Positions 50,728 through 60,735 of a stretch of DNA of 64,000 bases are shown here, piece by piece. The stretch is from an uncultured Phycisphaerales bacterium. Lineage in GTDB: Bacteria > Planctomycetota > Phycisphaerae > Tepidisphaerales > Tepidisphaeraceae. Both the position numbers and the translations under genes were made by a program. The stretch spans positions 160,001 through 224,000 of the forward strand of contig CAVWVQ010000001.1 of the NCBI GenBank assembly GCA_963758525.1, read 5' to 3'. The first letter of the stretch is position 1, and every line of letters begins with the position of its first letter. Below the pieces are notes generated by a model. It had not been told where the DNA came from. It saw nothing but the letters and a program-made list of their open reading frames with translations, and ran no database searches.

Positions 50728-51258
50728 ATGGGATTCCGCGTGCAACTGATCGCTGTAACGGGGAAGGAACCGCGTGCAATCCAGCGGGACTACGGCGTCC
50801 TGCCCTCGGGTGATCGCGAAGAAATTCCCGAGTCCCCGATCGTCGGAGCAGCGCTGCCAAACGACGTCTATCTGCTGTACATCAACGACCCGAGCAAGAT
50901 CATTCCTGATGATAAGGTCTTCGCTCGTCTCTCAGAAGGCGCGTCGCTGGTTGCCTGTTACGCCAACGAGACCGTAATGAACAGCTATAGCTGCGGTTGG
51001 GCAAACGGCGCAGAGAAGTGGTCTGTTTTCCACGACGCCCAACAGGATATCAAACACCTTGAAACGAGCGGGAATCTTCCGCCGGAGTTCCACGCCATTC
51101 GCGATCGACTTTTCGCGGAGCAAGAAGGCGGTGATGGTGGCACTGACTTCGTTTTCGATATCCCAGTCGAGTTGTTTGCCGCTCTTGGGGGCATCAGATA
51201 CGACCATGACATTCCGGGTGCGGGACCTGACCCGTGGGAAATTCTGGACCCGCAGTAG
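50728..51258 (+). CDS. Cassette 13 hypothetical protein
   Basis: ETVMNS..WANG..WSVFH..FDIPV..GIRYD. Confidence 0.8.
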   Translation: MGFRVQLIAVTGKEPRAIQRDYGVLPSGDREEIPESPIVGAALPNDVYLLYINDPSKIIPDDKVFARLSEGASLVACYANETVMNSYSCGWANGAEKWSVFHDAQQDIKHLETSGNLPPEFHAIRDRLFAEQEGGDGGTDFVFDIPVELFAALGGIRYDHDIPGAGPDPWEILDPQ

Positions 51259-51268
51259 CAGCGGTGCG

Positions 51269-51365
51269 GGATAACAAGTCGCTGCAGCTGACCAGGGCCG
51301 CATTATGGTTCTTCGAGCGCCACTGCCCTTGCAGCGGCCCCGGCAGGTGAGCTTGGTCGCTATAC
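51269..51365 (+). other. attC 13 with mutated core (GCT instead of GTT)
   Basis: GGATAAC-aagtc-GCTGCAGCTG..CAGGTGAGC-ttggtc-GCTATAC. Confidence 0.75.
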
Positions 51366-51383
51366 GCTCGCGGCCGCAAAGCG

Positions 51384-51866
51384 ATGAACGTACTTCAAGT
51401 CGATAGTGCTCGCCCCATCAAAGGCTGCTCATCTGCCGCGGAAGCGATTTCGGCGGCGAAGGGAAATCCGCGGCAGCCGAAGGCACGAGCGGACGGCGCG
51501 TTGCTTGCCGGTCAATCTTTCGTGGGTGGACGCGCCACGTATTCGCGATGGTGTCTTGAGTTCACCGGACCAAAATTTGTTGACATCATTTGTGGCAACG
51601 ACGAGGTCGAGTGGCAAGTCACGCAGGAACCGCCATCCTTTGAAGATTTGTCCGAGGCGCATGCGCTTCAATGGACGTCAGGCATCGAAAGCACAATCGA
51701 TCCATCGGCGCTGTTTGCGAACCGCGCAGGTGCGGAGTTCTGGCAACTTTGGGTGAACGAAGCAGGCTTTTATGTTTATCTTCGTCGAAAGTTGATCCTG
51801 AACTTTCACGCAGTGCGCAGCGTTGATGATCGGTCGTGCATTCTCGCGGTGTGCGAGGACGACTAG
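51384..51866 (+). CDS. Cassette 14 hypothetical protein
   Basis: 160-aa ORF followed by a degenerate attC. Confidence 0.72.
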   Translation: MNVLQVDSARPIKGCSSAAEAISAAKGNPRQPKARADGALLAGQSFVGGRATYSRWCLEFTGPKFVDIICGNDEVEWQVTQEPPSFEDLSEAHALQWTSGIESTIDPSALFANRAGAEFWQLWVNEAGFYVYLRRKLILNFHAVRSVDDRSCILAVCEDD

Positions 51867-51872
51867 CGCGAG

Positions 51873-51945
51873 GTATCACCCAACGCCGCACTGGACCGGC
51901 CCGGCGGAACGGGTCCTCGTGATTCGAGAGTTGGTCGGCGCCGGG
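51873..51945 (+). other. Degenerate truncated attC 14 (attC 2 subtype)
   Basis: GTATCAC, then sequence similar to 40390-40455; right end missing. Confidence 0.6.
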
Positions 51946-52039
51946 GAAACCGAGGGTGCAAGCACCCCCGGCGTTCGGGGAGTCGGCAGGTGCCTGCAGC
52001 AACGTTGCGGCTATGGCAGAACGAGCGGTGGTCATTGAT

Positions 52040-52173
52040 GGAACGCACGACGCTGAATTTGAAAGCCGCGCGGTGCTGGCACACTCGGTTCTTCGACTTT
52101 CCGCGAGACGACGCCCCGGCGGCACGCTACGATGCGCGAAGCCGCAGTCGGGTCAGTTCAACAGACGTTATCC
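52040..52173 (+). repeat. Atypical attC-like hairpin, copy A
   Basis: gctgaatttga ... tcagttcaacagacGTTATCC; repeated at 52750-52865. Confidence 0.6.
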
Positions 52174-52202
52174 CGCAAACGACGAATATTGGAGATCCGA
52201 CG

Positions 52203-52742
52203 GTGTCACACCTCCACGCGCGAAGCAGCGCTGCTACCCTCGCAACCTTCATTGCTCTGCTTGGGGGATGCGCAGCATCAGCGAACAAGGGTGCCGCGAC
52301 AGTCGAAGCAAAACCGTCGCTCGAAGTTCCATACGCTGTTTCCTTTGAAGGCGCCCAAGACGTATTCGGCCGAAACGCCGTCGGTGATGCGATTGTGGTT
52401 ACCGCAGTCCACGGAACCGCTGCAACGATCGCGATTGGCAATACCTATCGCATTGACGGAGCATATACCTTGGCATCACACGAGCAGGCGATGCTCGCAG
52501 CATTCGCGACGGCCACTGTGCCCGACGAACCCCATCGACAAATGATCGCGGGGCAGTCACTCACGATCAAAAAAGGGTCGGGGACTTTCACGCTCTTCCT
52601 GAAGGTAGAGGATCCCGAATGCCCGCATGTCAGTTTTTATCCGAGCGGCGGCGGTGAGAGCTTTGCGGGAGAATACTTTGGTACAGGTAGCTTCATTCCG
52701 CCTGAATCCTGGCGGCTTAAGACCCAAAGCGCGGTACGCTGA
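52203..52742 (+). CDS. Probable last cassette, lipoprotein
   Basis: Lipobox LLGGC; PHVSFYPSGGGESF. Confidence 0.7.
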   Translation: MSHLHARSSAATLATFIALLGGCAASANKGAATVEAKPSLEVPYAVSFEGAQDVFGRNAVGDAIVVTAVHGTAATIAIGNTYRIDGAYTLASHEQAMLAAFATATVPDEPHRQMIAGQSLTIKKGSGTFTLFLKVEDPECPHVSFYPSGGGESFAGEYFGTGSFIPPESWRLKTQSAVR

Positions 52743-52749
52743 CGGGAGC

Positions 52750-52865
52750 GGGACGCTGAATTTGAACGCCGCGCGGTGCTCGCACCCTCGGTTCTTCGAC
52801 TTTCCGAGAGACACTGCCCCGGCGGCACGGTACGATGCGCCAAGCCGAAGCGGGTTCAGTTTGGC
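52750..52865 (+). repeat. Atypical attC-like hairpin, copy B (degenerate)
   Basis: gacgctgaatttgaa..ctcggttcttcgactttccg..gccccggcggcacg.tacgatgcg shared with copy A. Confidence 0.6.
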
Positions 52866-52962
52866 ACACCTCATCCATCGTGCGAAAACCCCGAGGAGCG
52901 GCGTTCAGTTGCAAGCAATCTCACTTGCCGGATAATCCATGCGGGGCGGTGAGCCCTGTAGC

Positions 52963-53955
52963 ATGGATGCCAAGTTGTTGGAATTTGCCCGGCAGGTGAT
53001 CGAGACTGAGGCGGGGGCGGTGCGCGGAATGCTGGCCGCGCTGGATGAATCGTTTTTGCGGGCAGTGCAACTGATCGTCGATTGCCCGGGCTCGGTGCTG
53101 GCCAGCGGGATCGGCAAGGCGGGGCATGTCGCCCGGAAGCTGTCGGCGTCCTTCAGCAGCACGGGCACGCCGAGCCATTTTCTCAACCCGGCAGAAGCGC
53201 TTCACGGCGATCTGGGGGCGATCCGCAAGGGGGACGTGGTTCTGATTCTCTCGCATAGCGGGGAGAGCGACGAAATCCTGCGGATGATCAGTGTCATCCG
53301 CAAGCTGGGCCATCCGATCATTGCCATTACCGCGTCGGGCGAGAACGCGCTGGGGCGTTTCGCGGATGTCGTGCTGAAAACGGGGAAGATCGAGGAGGCT
53401 TGTCCGCTGGGGTTGGCGCCCAGCGCATCGACGACGGCGATGACGGCGCTGGGGGACGCGCTGTTTCTCACGGTGATGCGGGCGCGGAACTTCACCGCCG
53501 ATGACTTTGCGATCTATCATCCCGGCGGACAACTGGGGCGGAAGCTGATTCGCGTTGCCGAGGCGATGACGTTTCGATTGGGCGAGAATCTCCCGGTGGC
53601 ATCGGATCGGTTGACGGTGGGGCAGGTGCTGCATGCGGTCAGCTCGATCAAGCGGCGCAGCGGCGCGGTGATTCTGGTCAATGACCAGGAGACGGTGAGC
53701 GGCATTTTCTCGGACGGAGACCTGCGGCGGGCGTTGACCGACGATGACGGCTCGGCGCTGTCGCGGCCGATCAGCAAGTATATGACACGCGACCCCAAGC
53801 GGATCGGCGGCGAGCAGCTTGCCAGCGAAGCGATCGGGCTGATGCGGCGATTTCGCATTGACGAGCTGCCGGTGGTCGATCAGGCTGACCGGCCGATCGG
53901 GCTGATCGATATTCAAGACCTGGTTGTATTGCGCATGCTGGACGTGGAAGCCTGA
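52963..53955 (+). CDS. kdsD: Arabinose-5-phosphate isomerase, KpsF/GutQ family (SIS plus two CBS)
   Basis: GIGKAGHV, EALHGDLG, EACPLGLAPSASTT, HPGGQLG, SDGDLRR. Confidence 0.93.
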   Translation: MDAKLLEFARQVIETEAGAVRGMLAALDESFLRAVQLIVDCPGSVLASGIGKAGHVARKLSASFSSTGTPSHFLNPAEALHGDLGAIRKGDVVLILSHSGESDEILRMISVIRKLGHPIIAITASGENALGRFADVVLKTGKIEEACPLGLAPSASTTAMTALGDALFLTVMRARNFTADDFAIYHPGGQLGRKLIRVAEAMTFRLGENLPVASDRLTVGQVLHAVSSIKRRSGAVILVNDQETVSGIFSDGDLRRALTDDDGSALSRPISKYMTRDPKRIGGEQLASEAIGLMRRFRIDELPVVDQADRPIGLIDIQDLVVLRMLDVEA

Positions 53956-53967
53956 TCGATCGCACTC

Positions 53968-56900
53968 ATGCGGACTTACGTGCTTATCTTCGCCACGGTC
54001 GGACTGCTCGGCAGCGCGTTCTATCTTTATTGGCATCTGCAGCCCAAGACACTGGCGCAACAGGATGTGGTGCATCCCGCGGAGATCGCCACGAAGCCCA
54101 CGACCGAGCAATATCAGGGCGTCAGTGTGGGCTCCCGCCCGTGGGTCAAAATGATCGACTCCAGCGGGAAAGTTTCATCTCAATATCGCGCGGATGAATA
54201 CCAGCCGCGTCCGGACGGGACGGTGCGGATGATCCTGCCGGAGGCTGACTTTTTCCTTGGGGAGCATCAGCGGCTGCACGTAACAGGAGCGGACGGCAAC
54301 GTCGTCATGCACGGATCTTCCAATGCCGGGATCGGCGCCAGCGGCTCGCAGCCCAGCGGGAAACCCAGCCGCGGGCGTCTCAATGACGTGATCATGACAC
54401 TCATCGACGAGACGGATCCGGCAGATCCGCTCACCAATTTGACGATGACGACGAACAATATTGAGTTTGACAACGATTCGTTCCTGATCACCACCGGCGG
54501 ATACACCGCGTCTGACGGGACGCGAATTTCTCCGGACCAGGTGCCGGTGAAGGTGCGCGGCGAATACGACTTTGACGGCCGAGGCCTGACGCTGCGATGG
54601 AACGATCAGGACGATCGCCTGGAGATGCTGGAAATTGCACACGGCGAAATGCTGCGGATCAATCATCCGTCGAATCAAAAAGGGCAGCCCGGCGCCGGCG
54701 CGAAGACGCGTCCGACGACCGAGCCGGACTCCGGAAATCTCACTTCCGCCAGCGGAGCTTCGGGAGAGCGCGGGAGTGAAAACCCTAAGTCCGATCCGAG
54801 CCCCGATGCGCCGCAGTCCAAGACACGCGAGGAAACTGCCGCTCCACTCATCTCCCCGAACGCCGGGCGGGGTGGCCATGAGCCCGCGAAGTCTGCCGTG
54901 GCTGCTTCAACCAGCCCATCGTCCGTCTCGAAGAAGCGACCCAAGGCGAGCCGTCCGGTGTATCTGGCGACGTTTGAAGATGCGGTGCGCATCACGCAGG
55001 GCAATGAAATGCTGATGACGGGCGACTTGCTGCGGATGCACTTCAAAATGAAGGAAGAAAAAAAGGCCGGCACCACCCGGCCGAGCGAGACGAAGCCGGC
55101 GCAGACGACGCAGGGCGGTGCGAGACCGGATGACGCACTTCGACCCGCTGAAAGCGCGGAGGCTCAGACTCGGCGTTGTCAGCGTGAATGCGCATCGACG
55201 CTGCTGCCCTTGCACAATTCGATCTCTGGACCGCCCGTGATGCTTGTCGATGCGCCCGCGAAGTCGCGCGGGCCCGCGCTGGCGGACGTTCCGATCGTGG
55301 TGCGGTGGACAGGGAAGCTGAAAATGATTCCCGAGCCCGTCGCGCCGCCGCGCCCGGTGTTGCCGGGGGATGCGATCATGGAACTGGTTGGCATAACCTC
55401 GCCGGTGCATGTGTTTCGCACCGCAAGCGAAGATTCGCCCGCCACCGAGGCGCATTGCGCCATGCTGACCTACGTCACCGCCGACGAAAGCGCGCTGCTC
55501 GTGGGTTCGCAAGCACTCGGCCAGGTTCAATTGGTGCGCAGGGCGTTGCCCATCTCGATGGAGGACGATCCTGGTCCGCCGACGATTATTACCACCGATG
55601 TGCTCGATTATGTCGGCAGCGCGCATTTCGCGACACTGAGCGGCAGGGGCCATGCGATCATTCCGGCGGCACAAAATCCGGGCGAAAAGCCGGCCGCGAT
55701 TGACGCGACCTGGTCAAAGCAGGCGACATTTGATTTTCTGCCGCGCACCAATGATGAGATGGCAATCAAAGACGCGACGTTCGCCGGCGATGTCGTGATC
55801 ACCCATCCGCAGCTTGGTCTGACCGCGCAGCTGTTGACGCTGCTGTTCGACGCGCCGGCGGGAACCGGCGCGAAATCGACGACGGGGCAGTCGCCGGCTT
55901 TAAGCGAAGTGAGGGCGACGGATCCTGGCGATCATGTACATTGCGAACTGATCGACGCGGCGGGGAAGAAGCAAACCATCAACTGCCAGACGCTCGACCT
56001 GCGGACGGCGCGCACGAATGACAATCGCGTGCTGGCCCGGCAAGTGGATGCCGCGGGCAATGTCCACGCGTCCGACGGCGCGCAGAAGCTCGACTGCGAT
56101 CGCGTGCAGATGCTGCTGCGGCCGGCGAATGGCAAAGCTCGAGCCGCGCAGGAATCGGCGGGGGGCGTCGATACGTCGTCGGTCGAATTGGAGCGATTGG
56201 ACGCGCGGGGAAGCGTGAAAGTGACCTCCAAGGACGGATCGGTTGCCCGCTCGGATCAGTTGCTGGTCGCCAACGACCCCGACGGCCCGCACATGATGCT
56301 CACGGGCGATTCGCTCTGCAGAATCACCGACGTCAAAGCCAACGAGCTGACGGGCGAGAAGATTGTCATCCAGCCGAAGCGGCAATTGGCGCACGTCATC
56401 GGTCCTGGAACGCTTCACACCATCGGGGAGCAGGCGAAGGGCTCGCCTCCCGGCACGGCGGCGCGCAAGATGGACGTGATCTTTTCCGACGGCGCCGATC
56501 TCGACGCGGCGGGCAATCAGATCAACATGCGCGGCAAAGTGGTCGCGACGATGCCGGACTCAGACGGCACAATCAACACCGCGCAGGGCGACCGCGTGCA
56601 CATCGATCTGCGGACCAAGCCGGCGCCCGCAACGCAGGCCGTCGCGAGCACCAGGCCTGCCGCCACCACGCGACCGGCGGACGATCTGAACCTGCTGGGC
56701 AATAAGGAGCCGAGCATGATCACGCTAGACGGCAATGCCGTCGTTGCATCCAATTTGTCGGATGCGACGGGAGTGCTGCGGCAATTCGAACTCAAAGCGC
56801 CGCGCATCATCTACGCGGTTTCCGGCGCCCAGGACATTGCCGATCACACGCTGCTGGTGCCGTCGGCCGGAGTCATGCTCGTCCGGGACCATCGCAATCC

Positions 56901-57399
56901 CACGACAGCGCCCGCCGGCGGCGACGACGCGGGACTCGGAAGCGGGCGGGGCGCGACGGCGTTCAAGTGGACCCGCCGGCTGACTTACAACGAAGATACC
57001 CGCAAGGCGATCATGAACGGCGATGTGCTGGTCGTGCATGAATCGGACAACGCGAAGGAGCTGCCGGTCCAGCTCACCGCGGACCAGGTGACCGCGCTCT
57101 TTCAGCCCGCGTCAGGGAAGAAAACCCCGACCACCCAGCCGGCCGGATCGCAGGCGCTGGAAATGAAGAGCATGGAAGCCGTCGGCAACGTCGTGGTGAA
57201 CCGCGGCCCCACGCAGATCAACGCGCAGCGGATTTATATCGAGCCGGCCAGTCACTGGATGACGGCGCAGGGAACGTCGCAGTCGCCGGTGACGATCATC
57301 GACGAAAAGGGGACGCAGTCGAGCACCGACGAGGTTCGGTGGAATACGCAAACGTGGGACTTTGTGATGAAACACGCAGGCGGAGAAGCCAGGCGGTAA
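53968..57399 (+). CDS. Large membrane-anchored LptC/LptA(OstA)-like repeated beta-jellyroll protein
   Basis: N-terminal TM, repeated AxGNVxV / GDVVI motifs; follows kdsD as lptC/lptA usually do. Confidence 0.6.
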   Translation: MRTYVLIFATVGLLGSAFYLYWHLQPKTLAQQDVVHPAEIATKPTTEQYQGVSVGSRPWVKMIDSSGKVSSQYRADEYQPRPDGTVRMILPEADFFLGEHQRLHVTGADGNVVMHGSSNAGIGASGSQPSGKPSRGRLNDVIMTLIDETDPADPLTNLTMTTNNIEFDNDSFLITTGGYTASDGTRISPDQVPVKVRGEYDFDGRGLTLRWNDQDDRLEMLEIAHGEMLRINHPSNQKGQPGAGAKTRPTTEPDSGNLTSASGASGERGSENPKSDPSPDAPQSKTREETAAPLISPNAGRGGHEPAKSAVAASTSPSSVSKKRPKASRPVYLATFEDAVRITQGNEMLMTGDLLRMHFKMKEEKKAGTTRPSETKPAQTTQGGARPDDALRPAESAEAQTRRCQRECASTLLPLHNSISGPPVMLVDAPAKSRGPALADVPIVVRWTGKLKMIPEPVAPPRPVLPGDAIMELVGITSPVHVFRTASEDSPATEAHCAMLTYVTADESALLVGSQALGQVQLVRRALPISMEDDPGPPTIITTDVLDYVGSAHFATLSGRGHAIIPAAQNPGEKPAAIDATWSKQATFDFLPRTNDEMAIKDATFAGDVVITHPQLGLTAQLLTLLFDAPAGTGAKSTTGQSPALSEVRATDPGDHVHCELIDAAGKKQTINCQTLDLRTARTNDNRVLARQVDAAGNVHASDGAQKLDCDRVQMLLRPANGKARAAQESAGGVDTSSVELERLDARGSVKVTSKDGSVARSDQLLVANDPDGPHMMLTGDSLCRITDVKANELTGEKIVIQPKRQLAHVIGPGTLHTIGEQAKGSPPGTAARKMDVIFSDGADLDAAGNQINMRGKVVATMPDSDGTINTAQGDRVHIDLRTKPAPATQAVASTRPAATTRPADDLNLLGNKEPSMITLDGNAVVASNLSDATGVLRQFELKAPRIIYAVSGAQDIADHTLLVPSAGVMLVRDHRNPTTAPAGGDDAGLGSGRGATAFKWTRRLTYNEDTRKAIMNGDVLVVHESDNAKELPVQLTADQVTALFQPASGKKTPTTQPAGSQALEMKSMEAVGNVVVNRGPTQINAQRIYIEPASHWMTAQGTSQSPVTIIDEKGTQSSTDEVRWNTQTWDFVMKHAGGEARR

Positions 57400-57470
57400 A
57401 TGGCCTTGCGCGATCAGGCGCTATCGATCACCGCTTTTAGAAGCGGGTTCAGAACGCCCGATTCACCGCG

Positions 57471-57554
57471 CCACGCCGAGTCTGAGGTACTCCGAAGGCT
57501 CGGATTTCCTCGGCGCTCGATCCGAGCCTTCGGGGTACCTCAGACTCGGCGTGG
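57471..57554. repeat. Long palindromic REP-like element
   Basis: ccacgccgagtctgaggtac.ccgaaggctcggat ... atccgagccttcgg.gtacctcagactcggcgtgg. Confidence 0.8.
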
Positions 57555-57984
57555 TTGTAACGCACGGAGTCCGACTATGGACTGGCGCTCAACGCACGGC
57601 GCGGAGCAATGGAGGACCTTCGGATTTGCGTTTACCAGTCGTTCGTCTGGCCGCCGAAGGAACCGCCGACAGTGGAATGGCTCTGCGAAATGCCGCGCGT
57701 GGATGGCAGAATCTTGCCGGAAACCCACTTCAAGCCCACGAGCATCCCAATGCATGCCACGAAAAACCACGGAAGCTTCATGCGTCGCCGGCGCGGCACG
57801 CAATAACGTTTATCACGTTTATCGCGGTTATCGATTTTCTCCATCTTATCCATGATGCACTTTCTCCCTCGAAGCGCGCGGCAGATTACTGATCCAGCAA
57901 CTTGAAATCAAGCAGGAAATGCCTGTTTTTAACGGGTTTTCAGCGTTGAATCGGCACGGCGCGGGACCATTCCGAATGCGCCAG

Positions 57985-58543
57985 TTAAACGCCTTCGAGG
58001 ACCTCGATGGTCATTGAGCCGTAAATGCGGACGTCGCGGCGTGCAAGGGGCGCCAAATCGAGGGTATCGGCGGCGTCATGCCGGAAGAGCACGGTTCCCT
58101 GGCGAGCGAGATGGTCTTCCGCCAGCCGAGCCGCGAGCGCGCAGATCGCCGGGCCGTTCGGCAAGAAACCGATAGGGGGGGTCGAGAAAAACCAGGTTCG
58201 CCCGTTCAGAGGTTGCCCGGTCGGCACTCTGAAACCATTTGAAGAGGTCCAGGGCAACGATCGTGCTGTGATGCGCGAAACCCAGCGTGACAACGTTTTG
58301 CCGAAGCAGGCGCACCGCCGAGCGGTCCGATTCAAAAAAAGTCGCGTGGGTCGCGCCGCGGCTCAGCGACTCGAGGCCCATGCTGCCCGTCCCGGCGAAC
58401 AGATCGAAAACGCGCGCGCCCTCGATGCGCGGCGCGAGCATGTCGAACAGAGACTGCTTCACGCGATCGGTGATCGGCCGAGTGGCATCGTTGGCTGGCG
58501 AGAGCAGCCGTCGCCCACGATGTGTGCCGGCGATGATTCGCAT
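57985..58543 (-). CDS. rsmD: 16S rRNA m2G966 methyltransferase (frameshift near 58140)
   Basis: MRIIAG, TRPITDRVKQSLF, DLFAGTGSMGLESLSRGA, FLDPPY. Confidence 0.93.
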
Positions 58544-58623
58544 GAAAATACTCTAACTCCAGCGGAGGGTCGGGCGAACCATCGGCGGGTATCGAAATAT
58601 TATCGTTGCGCTAAGCCTCCGCT

Positions 58624-58678
58624 GTAGCACAGCCGTCTCGGCTGTGATCTTGGGCCACAGCCGAGACGGATGTGCTAC
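58624..58678. repeat. GTAG-type REP doublet
   Basis: gtagcacagccgtctcggctgtg ... cacagccgagacggatgtgctac. Confidence 0.8.
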
Positions 58679-58984
58679 GAAAAATCAACCCCCATCCTAA
58701 CCTTCTCCCGGCGTACCGGGAGAAGGGATCGGAACGGGTCCGGGCTTTAGCCGTGCGAAGAGGAATGAACAGGTGCCGAGGCGCGTTCGAGGTTGCGACA
58801 CGGTGCTAAGTTGAGCCCATCTTCATATCCACGGTCAGCCCTGACGCGCAGGGGAGGCATGTTCTGAGCGATCGCTCAGAAATCGTATCGGTTTTATAAG
58901 CCGCATTCGCTCGCAATTTCCAGCGTTACCTGCTTCACTGCTCCGGCGGGCATAACCAAAACACATTTGGGAAAGGGAAGGGCG

Positions 58985-60718
58985 ATGGAAGCACGAACGT
59001 GGAAGCTGATGGGATCTGGCGGAAGGAACTTGTTTGTTCCGGTTTTCCTGGTCATGGCCGTCGCGGTCGGATGCTCCAAGCAGGATGCTTCGACGCCTGC
59101 CGCATCTTCGTCGGACGCTCCGCAGGCGACGAACGTTCCGACGGATCCCAACGCGCTGCAGCTCACGTTCGTCTACGGCTCGGAGAAAAAAGCGTGGATC
59201 ACGGATGTGACGGACGCGTTCAACAATGCGGGGAACAAAACGCCGGATGGCAAACCGATTCAGGTGAAAGCCATTCCGATGGGATCGGGCGAGTGCGTCG
59301 ATTCGGTGCTCGATGGAAGCACGCAGGCCGATATCATCAGCCCCGCGTCGGGCGCCTTCATCAAGCTGGGCAACGCGCAATCACGCAGCAAGATGGGAAG
59401 TGATCTGATCGGGTCGACCGACAATCTGGTGCTTTCCCCGGTGGTGATTGCGATGTGGAAGCCGATGGCCCAGGCACTGGGTTGGGGGAGCAAGCCGGTC
59501 GGCTGGGCGGATATTCTCGCCGTCGCCAAAAATCCCGATGGCTGGGCAGCATATGGACACCCCGAATGGGGCAAATTCAAATTCGGTCACACGCATCCCG
59601 ATTACAGCAACAGCGGATTGATCTCCTCCCTGGCGATCGTCTACGCCGGCACCGGCAAGACCAAGGGCCTGACGCTCGACGATGTTTCCAATCCAGCAAC
59701 CGGGCAATTCATGTCGGAGATTGAATCGGCCGTGCAGCACTATGGCAGCTCGACCGGCTTCTTCGCCGACAAAATGGAGTCCGGCGGGCCGGGGTATCTC
59801 AGCGCGGCAGTGCTGTATGAAAGTCTCGTCTGCGATTCGTACAAGCTCAAGGATTCGCTGCCGTTTCCGCTGGTCTGCATCTATCCGAAGGAAGGGACGT
59901 TTTGGAGCGATCACCCGGTCGGCATCGTGCAACGGCCGTGGGTCACTGACGATCGCAAGGCAGCGGCGAAAGTCTACATCGATTATCTGCTGGCCAAGCC
60001 GCAGCAGGAAAAGGCGCTGACCTACGGCTTCCGTCCCGCCGACCCGTCGGTGCCACTGGCCGCGCCGATCACGGCGGACTTTGGCGCCGATCCGAAAGAG
60101 CCGATGACCACGCTGGACGTTCCCTCCGCCGACGTGATGAATGCCATCCTGCAGCTTTGGCATCAACATAAGAAGGCAGCCAACATCGTGCTGGTTTTCG
60201 ACACGTCGGGCAGCATGAACGACGACAACAAGATCAGCAGCGCCAAGGGCGGCGCGGCGCAGCTTCTGACGCAACTGGATGATGCCGATCTGGTGTCATT
60301 ACTGCCGTTCAGCGGCGCGTTGCGATGGTCCGGCCAGGGAATCTCCATGCATACCTCGCGCCAGCAGGCGCTGAATGTTGTCGACAATCTGATTGCCGAC
60401 GGGGGCACGAGGCTGTACGACTCGATCGACGCGGCGGTGCAGTATCAGGTTTCCCATCCGACTCCAGATCAGATCCAGGCGGTAGTGGTGTTGACTGACG
60501 GACAGGACACCGACAGCGCGATGAACCTCGAGACGCTGATCCGACACGTGCAATCACATGGCGAGCACCAGGCGATTCGAGTATTTACCATTGGCTATGG
60601 GCACGATGCCGATGAATCGGTGTTGAAGAAGATCGCCGACGTGACGGGCGCGAAGTATTACAAGGGGACGCCGCAGAACATCAAGGAAGTGTTTCGCGAC
60701 ATCGCGACGTTCTTTTGA
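58985..60718 (+). CDS. Lipoprotein with solute-binding domain fused to vWA
   Basis: Lipobox AVGC, YGSEK, FGHTHPDYSNSG, DTSGSM MIDAS, LTDGQD. Confidence 0.9.
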   Translation: MEARTWKLMGSGGRNLFVPVFLVMAVAVGCSKQDASTPAASSSDAPQATNVPTDPNALQLTFVYGSEKKAWITDVTDAFNNAGNKTPDGKPIQVKAIPMGSGECVDSVLDGSTQADIISPASGAFIKLGNAQSRSKMGSDLIGSTDNLVLSPVVIAMWKPMAQALGWGSKPVGWADILAVAKNPDGWAAYGHPEWGKFKFGHTHPDYSNSGLISSLAIVYAGTGKTKGLTLDDVSNPATGQFMSEIESAVQHYGSSTGFFADKMESGGPGYLSAAVLYESLVCDSYKLKDSLPFPLVCIYPKEGTFWSDHPVGIVQRPWVTDDRKAAAKVYIDYLLAKPQQEKALTYGFRPADPSVPLAAPITADFGADPKEPMTTLDVPSADVMNAILQLWHQHKKAANIVLVFDTSGSMNDDNKISSAKGGAAQLLTQLDDADLVSLLPFSGALRWSGQGISMHTSRQQALNVVDNLIADGGTRLYDSIDAAVQYQVSHPTPDQIQAVVVLTDGQDTDSAMNLETLIRHVQSHGEHQAIRVFTIGYGHDADESVLKKIADVTGAKYYKGTPQNIKEVFRDIATFF

Positions 60719-60735
60719 CGCAGGAGTATTCGACC

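Noticed and set aside
39470..52870. CRISPR array
   Set aside because: The repeats are ~100-bp imperfect hairpins with AAC/GTT boxes separated by whole ORFs, that is attC sites; no cas genes are present.
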